Assembly: GCF_004010195.1 (NCBI RefSeq)
Contig: NC_057715.1
Coordinates: 55,810,955-55,874,954 of the forward strand
Direction: 5' to 3'
DNA: 64,000 nucleotides
From: Chiloscyllium plagiosum
Lineage: Eukaryota
The notes under the pieces were generated by a model, which was not told the origin of the DNA, did no database searches, and worked only from the letters and a program-made list of their open reading frames with translations. Numbering within the stretch: position 1 is the first letter of the stretch; the number at the start of each line of letters is the position of its first letter. Positions 41,526 through 52,994 of this stretch are shown here, in pieces. Both the position numbers and the translations under genes were made by a program.

Positions 41526-43950
41526 ATGGATGAATATATTGGTCAGCTTCTTGCAGAGTGGCAAGTGGACTCTGAAGAGAGAAGCAATTTATCAACCTTG
41601 ACATCCAGGACCTTCCCCCAGTTCAGATACTCAATGAATCATGAGTCAAGATCTTGAACAATGCTAAAGAGGAGTTCAAAGTCAATGGTGCCACTGCGGT
41701 CTTCTCCACATGGACAGTAGGAGCAGAAGGCCCGCTTGACATCGGCGACGTTGCTGATGGCATTGAGGTCAGGGGAGGCCACATGTCCCTGGAAACTCAC
41801 ATCATAGATGAGAAAGCAGCACAACTCCTTACAGTACAAAAAAAACAGTTCCTGCGCGAGTGGGATGAAGGTAACTGAGTCGGTGAAGACAAGTTTGATC
41901 CGGTTCAGACTGAGAAAAAGGAGGACCAGGACATCATCGAAGGAGACCAGCCCAGGTTTCTTTACCGGCACCGACAAAGTCTTCTATCAGAATGCATATC
42001 CTGTCACCGCTGTTATTTATGGCCTCTACTCCCTAAGGGAACCTGATGTAGCAAATCTGGCCCCATTCAGAGATGGTGACCTCAACTGCATTGTGAAAGG
42101 GTCCACGACCTGGCACCACTGTTGACGATGTGGCTGAGCTCAAGAAGATCCTTAAGTGGGCGATCATCCTGAAAGACATCGCTGGTGCAGGCATCTACAA
42201 CTGTGGCAAATACCAGTTTGGAGGAATAGTGTAAGAGGAAAAGTGAAGCTCATGGTCCACAACGGCCACACCTGGCCCAAAGACTTTCACTCCCCCCCAG
42301 AATAAGCAGGTTCACATATACAAGGGCAATGTCTGGGAAGCCATTGAAGAGGCCACACAAAACAAGCCAATCACCATCTGGCCCTTTGGTAGCCAAGACA
42401 AGCAGCTCAGCATTGACCAGTTCATCCTGCAGGATGGACGAACCTACACAACCTTGCACAAGCTTCAAGGAATCAAGGCTTATGTATCCCTCAGTACCTG
42501 TGGCTGCAAGGAGGAATGGTGCGTCTCTTGCCTCAATGGCAAAGAGTATCTCTTGTCAGTAGCTCTGGCCCAGTGGCGCGATAAGTGTGAACAACCATGC
42601 ATGCCTCAGGAGCACGCCACTTACCTCCCCAGGCCAGAACACTACAGCCAACAAAAAGACGTTCCACCCTCCACAGCGCCCTGCTGTAATGACCCCTCAC
42701 CCACCATCAGCTGAGCTATCTCAACGGTGGTGGTGGCTTGGGCAAGACGACAAGAATGATTGAGCTCTTCAAGGTGAGAGGTTCCCTGGTGTTCGCCCTG
42801 ACACATTAGCTGGCCAAGGAAACGTCAGCCAGAGGTGTCAAGGCCCAGACCTACCACAGCTTCTTCCGATGTTCGCCAGACCGAATGGGTCAGATGTTCA
42901 CCCCTCCACGTCATCAACTTGGACAAGGTTTGCACAGCTCTGCAACCCATCCTGGAAACCTTCCTAGCCTGGCTGGAGCAACCTGGAGTCTAAGTTATCT
43001 GCTGCAGCGACCAAGGCCAGCCCCCACCAATTGTGGGAGAGATGCCCCACAATTGGCTCCGGGAGCATGTTCACTACTACGAAGAGGTCGAGGTTGACCA
43101 TAGAGCTAAGAAGAACACCCTCAAGGCTTTGAAAAGAGCAATTTGTCTACAGACCAATGCCAACATATGCAAAAGGAATTGGGTCGGACAGATTCGTGGA
43201 GCAATGGAATCCCAGTGATCTCATCCTCATCAGCTGCCAAAAAGTCCAAGACAGGGCACAGGACTTGCTGTTCTAGAGACACAAGGAGCAGTACCCAAAT
43301 ACTCTAGTCTCACTCCTCTACCACCCGAAGGACAGCTAGAAACAAAATATCATGGTAACAGTCCCCAAAACAAAGGACTATGAAGAGTTTGTCCTGGACA
43401 TCATTGTGGAAGTCACCATCGAGGCCACTAAGCAAGCCACTGCATTCCTGCATAGCGACCGGCATCTCAACTATGCATTCATAGTCCACTCTTCCCAAAG
43501 CCTCACAATCCACGACCCGCAACAGGTATGAATAATTGACAACCACCTCCCGTAGGCAAACTTGGCCTACCTCTCGGTCTCTAGGATCAAATACATGTGC
43601 CATCTTGAATGGGTGACCTGTCCACCAGTACAGGGGACTGAGGTCAGGCAGCCCACCGAGCAGCAGCACCACAAAAACATCGTGAAAACGTTCGTAGCCG
43701 ATAAGCACCAGGACCAGGCGAAGAACTCCCAGAGTTTAACCTCAATGTCAACTACATCTTGAAGCTCAAAGCGAGCCAGTAGAACTCTCGTGCAGCGTGC
43801 AACATCGAAATGTTCTGGGCTGACCAGCCAAAGGACACACAGCAATTCAGCACTGACCGGCTGGACAACAGTAAAGGGCACTGCAAGGACAATGTGTGCC
43901 TTTGTTGCTTAAAATGCAACTGAAAACGAAGGGCTGCAGCTCTCAACAAG
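41526..43950 (+). pseudogene. Large replication gene: unassigned N-terminal region, SF1 RecD/Pif1-like helicase, C-terminal HNH-like nuclease
   Basis: Manual translation across frameshifts gives Walker A LSYLNGGGGLGKTT (~42711), motif III CCSDQGQPPPI (~43000), motif V YAFIVHSSQSLT (~43472), motif VI AYLSVSR (~43565) and terminal FSTDRLDNSKGHCKDNVCLCCLKCN (~43846-43920). Confidence 0.85.
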
Positions 43951-43954
43951 CGAG

Positions 43955-44925
43955 AACATCACCTGGTGGCAGCTGGGTTTCGGGAGGCACCACAAGCAGC
44001 TCTTCCCAGACAAAGCCACAACCTGGTCCGTCCTGAGGTAATACAAGACAGATTCATCAACCTTTGTCTCGGACTTTCCCAGCCTGTAAATCTGGAGGGA
44101 CCACACAGGGTTTGTAGCACAGCGATGATCTCCTCTAACTCGCCTGGCTGGTACAGGTATCTCACCCCAACACCAGAGGGGAGCTTTGGCTCTTCCAAGC
44201 CAACAGCGCGACTTGCAGGCAAAGGGGGCTTTTGTGCGATAACCTTGGCCTTGATAGCATCAGAGGGTTTTTCACCAGTCAGGCGAGTCACCTCATTGTT
44301 CAGAGCTGACACAATGGCAGGTAGTTGGGCAACCCATTTAGTTGACCTTTAGCCCTCAGAAAACCTCATTTCCTGCACGTACTAGTGCCCAAATAGTCTT
44401 TCAGCAATGGTACGGTTGAAGCGCTCCACGATAGCCTGGTCTCGGTGGACATCCACACGACTGCACCTCACCGAAATATCATGCTTTGCTCGTAACTGAG
44501 TTCCCCCATGAACTCACGCCCAGGATCTACCTGAAGCAGCTTAAGCCAAAGGGGGTCCTGTTTGTACACCCTTTCGAGGGGACCCATAACCTCACTTGTC
44601 TCTTTTGTGGCCAGGGGGTTCTGCCTCTTTGTAGCTGGAGACCACATCCACACCATGAGGGCATACTTGGAGGCCTTATGACCACGGGTCAAGCGATCAT
44701 GTGGCAGAAACAGTAGATTGGCCTGGTGGACCTCATTTGGCACACATAAATTCAACATTGATCATGGAATATGCCTTATGGCTGGCAGATATATCTGCCA
44801 GATGACCTGTTTGTTCAACCAAACCCAAGCCATATCTTGGTAGCCACTACCAGTTTCCTGATGGCTGAGATGCTTTTCTAGCAGTCCTTGGGGTTGTAGT
44901 ATACTTGAGACAACTTCCATTCCAT
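43955..44925 (-). pseudogene. Retroviral-type (rve, DDE) integrase of Polinton type
   Basis: N-terminus MEWKLSQVYYNPK. Motifs HQANLLFLP (first D decayed to N), LLQVDPGREFMG, IVERFNRT, and LNNEVTRLTGEKP (ORFs 44468..44758 and 43959..44312). Confidence 0.9.
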
Positions 44926-45264
44926 GGCTGGAATATATCTAATATTCTGGCAAAGTTATAAGCTTTCAACCGGCTTGCAGAGAGTCCTCCGACAGCTGCC
45001 CAGTAGTTACGCTTAGGTTGGTTGGACCCGAGAGCACCATAGCAGCAAAGTGTGTGAGATCATAGTGTGAGCCAGAGTCCGGGGATTTTACACCTCCGTG
45101 TGTAGTACTCTACTTCTAGCATTGCACAATATAGTTGTTCAGGGATTCCCTTGATGCTATACATAGGCGCACAAAATAAGCCCAAAATCAAACACTTGAG
45201 CCTCAGGCTATGTCAACGTGCTGCCCCAAACAGCAGGTGGCAGATAAAACACAGTCTTTTCCGA

Positions 45265-45698
45265 TTACTCGCTCGGGTTTGTAGGTAACAAGGCCTGTCA
45301 TGGCCACCCGACGACAATGAAGGCGATCTCGCAGTCCCTATGACCATCTGATGATGTATAACAGACTAAACACCGAGGCTCGAGGCCAAGGGGGTTAAGT
45401 GTTTTGCCCACGACCAGGGCGTACTCATGGATTGCGACGTCAATGTGCCAGAAAGCTTGCACAGCATGACCTTGCCAGTGGAGGTCCTCACTGATCCAAT
45501 CGAGGCATTTGGTTAATTTCCATGGCCATTTGGCCTGCGCAGCTTGTAACTGTTCTATGGCCTTATTGTGATTCACGCAATGCGTCAGCCTCAGAGTTTC
45601 ACTGCATCAAGAAGAGGTAGTTGCTTCTGCTGAAGGCCAAGGCGTTCACAATGAACCCCTCCACACCACTCCCTGACGAGCACTGCAATCAAGGCCAT
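45265..45698 (-). pseudogene. Small viral hypothetical protein with hydrophobic ends and a central coiled coil
   Basis: MALIAVLV...VNALAFSRSNYLF...HNKAIEQLQAAQAKW...EIAFIVVG, frameshifted (ORF 45298..45576). Confidence 0.6.
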
Positions 45699-45720
45699 GT
45701 TGCTGCAGAACTGTGTTCAG

Positions 45721-45955
45721 TTACTTCATAATATCGGAGGGTATGATGCCCTGTTTAATTAACATGCCCTTTGCCGCCACGGCCACAGCCACATTGACCA
45801 TGCCAACATGACAGGGAGTGGAGTTGAGTTAGAGGGGATTGACCGCCAATGACCATCTTGCCTAGGTATGACCAGCCCATCGCAAGGCCAGATTCAACGG
45901 TGCTGTGGTACAGCGCATTGATTCACATTTTTCCATCGATGCTAGGGTAAGACAT
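45721..45955 (-). pseudogene. Small hydrophobic viral protein
   Basis: MSYPSIDGKM*INALYHSTVESGLAMGWSYLGKMVIGG...VGMVNVAVAVAAKGMLIKQGIIPSDIMK*. Confidence 0.6.
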
Positions 45956-46009
45956 GTTTCGTCACTCGTTGTTGCAGCAACAATACTCACTGCATGTAGA
46001 AAGTTTATC

Positions 46010-46400
46010 TAGCGTATAGGAAGGGTTTGGAATGGCTCTAATTGCTCAGAGGTGGTGGGTTGTTTAGCAGCAAGAGGCAAGACTCAGTTTTTGGTGCCTG
46101 CGGCCCTGCCATGCTTCACCTCGGTCGCCTCTCAGAGCTCGGCCAGGAGATTTTCCTGCTTGGCCTTTCTGGCGGCAGCCTCAGTCCTCCCTGCAGTCAC
46201 TTTTTGGGGTCCTTTTGGTGCACTGCGTTTCTAGAAGTCTTGGGGGTCTGCGGTTCCAGCTCCTGCGACAGCACAGTCACTCTTGAGTCTCATGGGTTTT
46301 TTCCGACATCCTCAATCTGCTCGTCTTCTATTGGGTTGGGGGGTGCAGTGTCCAAATCAGCAATACTTGGTGGTCGTCAGGGCTGCCGTGAGTGGAGTCA
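46010..46400 (-). pseudogene. Low-complexity viral hypothetical protein with a basic, Ala-rich helix
   Basis: Minus strand translates to QKDPKKVTAGRTEAAARKAKQENLLAEL. Boundaries uncertain. Confidence 0.45.
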
Positions 46401-46526
46401 AGTACATACACAGCGGTAACACTGCTCAGTGTGTGCCCGACAAACGGGTCAGTATCAAGGTCAGCTACCCATTTTGATTGATTTTGTGGGGTGGGGGAGG
46501 GAATACTTCCCGGATTTCCCACTGTG

Positions 46527-47098
46527 CTATAGCACTTTATAAACAGTTCGCTGATCAGTCTTCAACAGCAGCTTGCTATGTCTCTGTCAGCAGCTGGCAG
46601 ACAGCAGCTGGCTCTTACCATGTGAGGATCACGTCTTTCTCTCGAAAGCAGTCCTCAAAAGAATCATGGTCCATGCATTCGACCCACCACATCTGCTCGC
46701 GCAAGTCCTTCAGGACAGAGTTGCACTTTTGCGTTAAGAACCAAATGCTTTGGCAGCCAGAGAAGGCCAGCTCTGATGGTATGTTCTTCTTTTGGGTCAA
46801 GGCCTTTGTTGCTGAGCAGTCGTCAATCACGTAAAGAGTGGGCTCGCTGGCAAAGCAGCTGTACAAGGCTCTGATGTAATTATGCAGCCACTCACCTGGG
46901 TCGACAATGAAGACCTTGGGATCAGCCCATAACTGTGGGCATGTTTAGTAAGTTTTATTATATTGCGCTGTGGGGCAGGGGATCACAATATGTTCAAAGA
47001 CGCTTCAATAGGGGCCCTCCAACAGGTCAAAAAAGAAGAATGTTTTCCCACGGCAGTCTGGCCACAGATGACCGAGTTTGGATCCTTCGGAAGTACAT
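46527..47098 (-). pseudogene. A32/FtsK-HerA family DNA packaging ATPase
   Basis: Walker A remnant VICGQTAVGK (~47043-47072), Walker B TLYVIDD, and ELAFSG...IWFLTQ (ORF 46615..46866). Lies directly downstream of the capsid gene. Confidence 0.85.
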
Positions 47099-49173
47099 CA
47101 ATACAAGGCACTAACGAATCGGTTGTCTTCAATGTTGAGTTGGGCATCCATAATGACGTACAGGTAAATGGTCAAAATGTCAGCTGCCTCTGCAGCTTGT
47201 GAGATCTGGATTGTGACACCCTTAGAGGCATTTTCAATGTGCCAGCCACTGTCATGAAGCTGGACATTGTCAGTTGTCCTGAGGTCCAGCCACAGGGTGT
47301 ATTTGCTGCTGAGGAATTGGCCGAGGGAGGCATCTGCCAGCACCAGGTCTTTTGCGACCATCGTCTCCTCGAGGTACTGCTGCTGGGAGAAACTGCGAAG
47401 AACTTCCTGACCTCATCCCAGCACTGGTGTGGGCACATGCCCTGAGAGTACAGCTGATTCAGAACGCCCTCGATGGTCACCTTGACAGTAGTGATCTTCG
47501 GGTTGCAGAAGGCCTCTGTATCCTGAACAAAGGCTGCGGCCGGATCCTCAAATAGCATCACGATTCCCTTCATGCTGCAGGCTGGTTGACATTCCACAGA
47601 GTGGTGCTTTTGTTGGCCGCAGTCTTACATGGCGCCCCGGGTACTGGTTGTGGATCTGTTGAGCAACCATGTCGAACTCCAGGCTGATGTATTTGATTGT
47701 GTATCTGGCATTTGCATCACCGGCGGCCTGCACCACCCAGCTGTAGTCACTGAAGTTAGTTCATACTCTAGCCTGCCACCAAGGGCGCTCTGGTAGCAGG
47801 GCATGTGGCTCTCCAGCAGGACGAAGTCGAGTGGGATGCAGAGAGGTTCCCAAACGCGCTCATGATTGCACTGTCAACTGCATATCCATGCCATCTCCAC
47901 GCCAACCCGCAACTTGAAGACGTATCTTACCGCTCAGGTGTTGGTGCCCTGGTGTTGGGCATTCTCCCTCTCCTGGGCAGTTTTCCAGAGATCTCCATAG
48001 CACTGATGTACATCTGAGTCGTCAATACTCATGACCTCGTTGCCGCTGATTTTGATCATCGTCTTCTTAGAGTCATAGAGATGTACAGCATGGTAACAGA
48101 CCCTTCGGTCCAATCTATCCACGCTGACCAGATATCCCAACCCAATCTAGTCCCACCTGCCAGCATCCGGCCCATATCCCTCCAAACCCTTCCTATTCAT
48201 ATACCCATCCAAATGCCTCTTAAATGTTGCAATTGTACCAACCTCCACCACATCCTCTGGCAGCTCATTCCATACACGTATCACCCTCTGCGCGAAAAAT
48301 TTGCCCCTTAGGTCTCTTTTATATCTTTCCCCTCTCACCTTAAACCTATGCCCTCTAGTTCTGGACTCCCCGACACCAGGGAAAAGACTTTGCCAATTTA
48401 TCTTATCCATGCCCCTCAATTTTGTAAACCTCTATCAGGTCACCCCTCAGCCTTAGACGCTCCAGGGAAAACAGCCCCAGCCTGTTCAGCCTCTCCCTGT
48501 AGCTCAGATACTCCAACCCTGGCAACATCCTTGTAAACCTTTTCTGAACCCTTTCAAGTTTCACAACACCATCTGCCACTTCTCAACCCATTGGCCCATC
48601 TGGTCCAGATCCTGTTGCAATCTGAGGTAACCCTCTTCACTGTCCACTACACCTCCAATTTTGGTGTCATCAGCAAACTTACTAACTGTACCTCTTATGC
48701 TCGCATCCAAATCATTTATGTAAATGACAAAAAGTAGAGGACCCAGCACCAATTCGTGTGGCACTCCACTGGTCACAGGCCTCCAGTCTGAAAAATAACA
48801 CTCCACCACCTCTGTCTTCCACCTTTAGCCAGTTCTGTATCCAAATGGCTAGTTCTTCCTGTATTCCATGAGATCTAACCTTGCTAATCAGTCTCCCATG
48901 GGAAACCTTCACCATAGCCCGGCCTAGATTCTGGACCACAGTCATGTCAGCGTCAGTTGAGTTCAGAACAATCATGAATGCCAGGCAGGCAGTCCAGGGT
49001 ACAATGATGTCATGGGCGCCAAGGTTGGTGAATCGGATCAGAAGCTGCCAGTTCTGATCGATCATGCTCTGATTGTTTGTGATAACAACCAACTGGTGCA
49101 TGCCTTTGATTCTGAGGGGGTTGCGCAGTCTGCGACGTGGGTTAGGCTTGCAACCGTATTGACTGGCAGCCAG
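47098..49173 (-). pseudogene. Major capsid protein (probable double jelly-roll), split by a CR1 insertion
   Basis: Joined fragments VVITNNQSMIDQN...VVQNLGRAMVK / KTMIKISGNEVMSIDD...ISLEFDMV...SMKGIVMLFEDP...NPKITTVKVTIEGVLNQLYSQGM...YTLWLDLRT...LYVIMDAQLNIEDNRFVSALY. About 410 codons without the insert. Assigned from resemblance to Polinton-like capsids, size and position next to the ATPase. Confidence 0.8.
48069..48906 (-). mobile_element. 5'-truncated CR1 LINE inserted in the capsid gene
   Basis: ORFs 48147..48419 and 48561..48809 (KFADDTK). The capsid reading resumes on both sides (V-K / K-K-T). Internal deletion near 48567. Confidence 0.93.
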
Positions 49174-49227
49174 GTGTGTATGCTGTATTGAACCGACCGC
49201 AATGATTCTTCAAAATGCAAAGACAAC

Positions 49228-50147
49228 ATGCAGGCTTTGAGATAGGTGACTGGTGACACTGCAGAGAGGCCTGACACCTCTGGCTTGACTGAAGAGACTT
49301 ACCTTATTTACTCATCTGTTGGTGTGGGGAACGCCGTGGATCCCGCTATTGGCCCTACCGTAGAGCCCACCGAGGTAACCATAGAGACGCAGAGACAGAA
49401 GCTTCTTAATAATGCTGTCGATAGCTATTACAAAGCCTTGGCCAGAAAAGGCCAAATGCCATCGGACAGGATTATTTGAAATTTGAGCTTGTCAGTGGGT
49501 GGCTGCGGATGAAAGCCGACCCCAACTTTGATTTCATAAATCATCAAGATGGTAAACCCTTCACACGATCAACAAATGTTGGACGACATGGGGGGTTGTG
49601 TCATCCGTGATGAGCTGGGATTTGAGAGTTTGAGCTTGAAAAAAAAAACAGCTACCACTTTGGGCGACTCCAGTCCTCCAGGAAACTAATACTCAGCTGA
49701 GTGAAGTGGCTACTGCCGTAAAGAGTATTGAACTGCAGGACCTGGGGCAAACCGCAAGTGAAGCTTCAGCTGTAGTCCACGAATTGGAAACCAGATTGAT
49801 GGACGCAGACATTGACAAGGTTCTCAGAACCCTAGATGACCCCCCCCCCCACTAACTCTCCGCGAGCTCAGGGTGCTTGACAAGGCAATGCAGACCATCC
49901 AAGGTGAGTTGACGAACAATCTGGCCAAAATATCTGAACTGGTTGAATACATCGCTGAAGGCCTGTGCTAAATTGGCAGGAAAAGCGGCTGCGGCTCTTC
50001 CGGGGATCATTGGCTCTATCATTTCCTGGCTGCTCAGCCTTCTCGCAAAAATGGCTGGCCAAAAGCCTGTGGGCCATGGCCCTCGCAGTCAGAGGACTTC
50101 TTCTCGTTGCTGCCCGTGACTGGCTGCATGCAGCAACAACGATGTGA
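49228..50147 (+). pseudogene. Viral coiled-coil protein with C-terminal amphipathic/transmembrane helices
   Basis: LRELRVLDKAMQTIQGELTNNLAKISEL, then KLAGKAAAALPGIIGSIISWLLSLLAK and WLAKSLWAMALAVRGLLLVAARDWL. Confidence 0.65.
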
Positions 50148-50149
50148 CG

Positions 50150-51473
50150 AAAGCACAAGTCGGCCGACAGCAACTCTACAAAGGTAGTTTCTTCACCTTG
50201 GTGTTTCTCAGCTGCTGCGCTCGCAGGTGCTGTGGCAGGAGGCGCAGTGTCCTGTTGCTTCACTAGACCAGTTTTTTCTGACGTTCCGCCAGAAGGCACC
50301 CCAGCGATGATTCTTGTGGCTTCACTCGAACGATTTCTCCTGTGGTATGGCTTGGTGGAGCATCTTGACACATTGGTCCTCGGTCCTGCTACTTGGCCTA
50401 TAGCAGCATGCCGCTTGGGACCATGTCGAGCCCGAATCCAAAGACAAAGTCAACCTTACAGTCTGCATACTGCAACACATTTTGATAGTGCTCGATTGCT
50501 GAAGGGAGCTCCACAGGGCAAGAGATGGCATTTTCCAGGTTGGCTAAATACTGTCTGGGCATCGAATGCTGTCGAGTGTGAGATGCTGCAAAAGCACAGC
50601 AGGTCAGCAGCATCCGAGGAGCACGAAAATCAATGTTTAGGGCAAAAGCCCTTCACCTGGAATCTGTGTGCCAGCCCCAAGAATGCGTGTGCTTGTCTGA
50701 GCTTATGACTCCAAGATCACTCATACATCGGTCCTACTGCTATCAGTTAGCTGTTCATTCCCTGGCCAAGTGAATCCTTGTGATTTTTCAAGGAGGAAGG
50801 TGCTCCAGGCACAATCTGCATTCAAAGAATCCTGCTTGATGAAGTCTACATGCAGGACCTCGTTCGTGGTCGGTTTTGTGAAAGATATACTGACTGGGTT
50901 GTACGTCCCATCACTCATGGAGTGATATCCATTCTTGGTCCAGTAGTTGTACACCCGCTCCAGACCATGGTTTTGGCCCTTAACATGCCAGTGTGTGGGG
51001 ACATTCCAAACTCACTACAAATTCACTTATATGCCCTCCGATCGTATGGATTGCTGAAGGCTGCCCAGGCCCAATCCACAGGCAGCAGAGCCTTTATTTC
51101 AAGCAAGATTCTGCAAATCTGGTAGTACATGTGGAAGTAAAATTGGGCCCGAAGCAAAGGATTGGCAGTGGTGAGATGGTCCTGTGCTGACAGGCTACAG
51201 CCTGTTATTGCACACCATACAGCGAAATTCACTTGGTTCTGCCTGAACTGACGGGTTGCTGTTCCACACCTGAATTAGCTGGTCAGACGCCTCGTTAAGC
51301 AGCCGATAATTTTGAAACACGTTGGGGACCTTGGTTTTCAAGGCCTCCACTGTTCCTGTTTAGACATGAATGCTGGGTTGAGTTAGTTGTGCGACCTCCA
51401 AAGCAAGGGAGAAGACCCCATCAGTCTGGTATTTCACATCCTTGTTAAAGCTAAATGCTTGTGTATCACCCAT
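50150..51473 (-). pseudogene. Viral hypothetical protein (~400 aa), interrupted by a short repeat
   Basis: Fragments NFAVWCAITGCS...YYQICRIL (51023..51232), WSTFLLEKSQGFT (50721..50954) and YLANLENAISCPVELPSAIEHYQNVLQYA (50398..50613) line up on one strand. Confidence 0.65.
50572..50664 (-). mobile_element. Penelope-derived short repeat inserted in a viral gene
   Basis: Reverse complement matches 24672-24760, including a decayed hammerhead core. Confidence 0.8.
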
Positions 51474-51483
51474 TGTCGCAACT

Positions 51484-52062
51484 ATGTTTCACACACTGAC
51501 AAACGTTTAAAGAGGAGAGGCGGTAGGCCTCCTGCAATATACTGACAACCAGGCAGGCAACCTGCAAGTTGGTCTCCGTCCATTATCGAAACAGTAGCTT
51601 GGTAAAATGTTGGGCTGCAGGAGATGCTCTTGTGGAGGGGAACTGACTGCTTTGAGCATAGCGTTGACATTCCCTCGGTTCTTTACAGCTTCACGCAATT
51701 GAAAGATTTTATCAAGTCTTAATCTGCAAACACTTACCGTCTCGTTTCTACTCGAGCTAGACAATGGTGCAGGGGGGCAATGGCTCCATGAAGGAACTTT
51801 TGAGGGCGATAACCCTGTAAACGTCGCAACTACAAAACACTTAATGTGTGCCACAACCAGATAAACACCACTGCAAACACGGACGCTCCAAAACCTTGGG
51901 CTTGGGTGCCATTCATTCGGTAATTTCGAGCACCCCGTGTTCAAGTGCCCCCAGAATGGTACAGTGAGTGAGTTAAAGATTACTATCAGACATAATACTG
52001 GAAAACTTCTTGACAATGAAGATCTTCCTATCTCTGTGGTACTTGAAATAATCCAAAAATAG
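51484..52062 (+). pseudogene. Probable minor capsid (penton-like) protein
   Basis: C-terminus FEHPVFKCPQNGTVSELKITIRHNTGKLLDNEDLPISVVLEIIQK* resembles the beta-rich ends of Polinton penton proteins. Frameshifted. Confidence 0.65.
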
Positions 52063-52067
52063 CATTT

Positions 52068-52900
52068 ATGGACCCAATGCCTGTTGCAGGGACATAAACT
52101 CCAATGATGATCTCTCCGATTACACCAAAAAGAACTATGTCGATGCCTGGAACAACCTGAGAGTTCTGAAGGCCAGTGACAGCATGGCTGGGACCATTGA
52201 GATGGGCAACAACATAGTCAAAAATGTGGCACAACTCACGGGGGCACAAGATGCAGCCACCAAAGGCTACACGGATTCCCTCGCTGAGGGCACAGTAGCC
52301 CTCATTGAACCGAAGACATTGCAGCTTGACAACATGACGGCCCCGATACAGAACATCAGCTGGAGGGGGGCCCTAAGATTACACAGATGGCAAATCCTAG
52401 GACGTAGTCACCAAGGACTACATAAATGCCCGGGTAGCGTCTCTTGCCGATATGTGACTTTCAAACACCCCACCTGGTTTCTACTTTTCATTAATGTCTC
52501 AAAAACCTACACGGCTGAAACTTGGAGCTCGTATGACACAGCCAATCTGATAGCCCAGGTTCCTAACTGTATGGCAGGAGATTATCTAGAGATCTACATC
52601 ATTGTAGTGAATGACTACCCAGTTAAAACAATATAGACAATCTTATAAGGGTCCCCAACACCAATTCTACTGGCGACAGCATCCTTCCGATCACTCAGAC
52701 CCGAGTGTTGCTGTTCACAGGCGGTGACAACAGTCTCAAACTAGGTGATATCAGGGTACCAACCTTGTATCATTCCAGCTGGAGTAACTGGTTTATGTGT
52801 CGTTTCTCTAGAGATTCAAGCAAAATCAGATAACCTACGCACATGGCAGGCTACTAGTTTTGGCATTCTTGTTAAGAAATATGCCCCTCTAACATCTTCA
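52068..52900 (+). pseudogene. Fiber-like / receptor-binding protein
   Basis: Three related motifs DYTKKNYVD, DAATKGYTD and DVVTKDYIN, with MGNNIVKNVA preceding the second. These resemble trimeric fiber repeats. Follows the penton-like gene. Confidence 0.6.
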
Positions 52901-52994
52901 GAACAGAACATCCAAACCTGTTTATGCTTGCGGTCCCCACCGAGAATCTCATATTCATTTTGCCATGTAGTGCTGTATACATACATACTGAGAA

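Noticed and set aside
43955-44925. LTR retrotransposon or retroviral origin for the integrase
   Set aside because: There are no LTRs, gag, RT or RNase H nearby, and the context is TIRs with capsid and ATPase genes.
49868-52016. Track ORFs 49868..50371, 50232..50708 and 51507..52016 as independent genes
   Set aside because: They are mostly antisense or shifted frames of the decayed viral genes.
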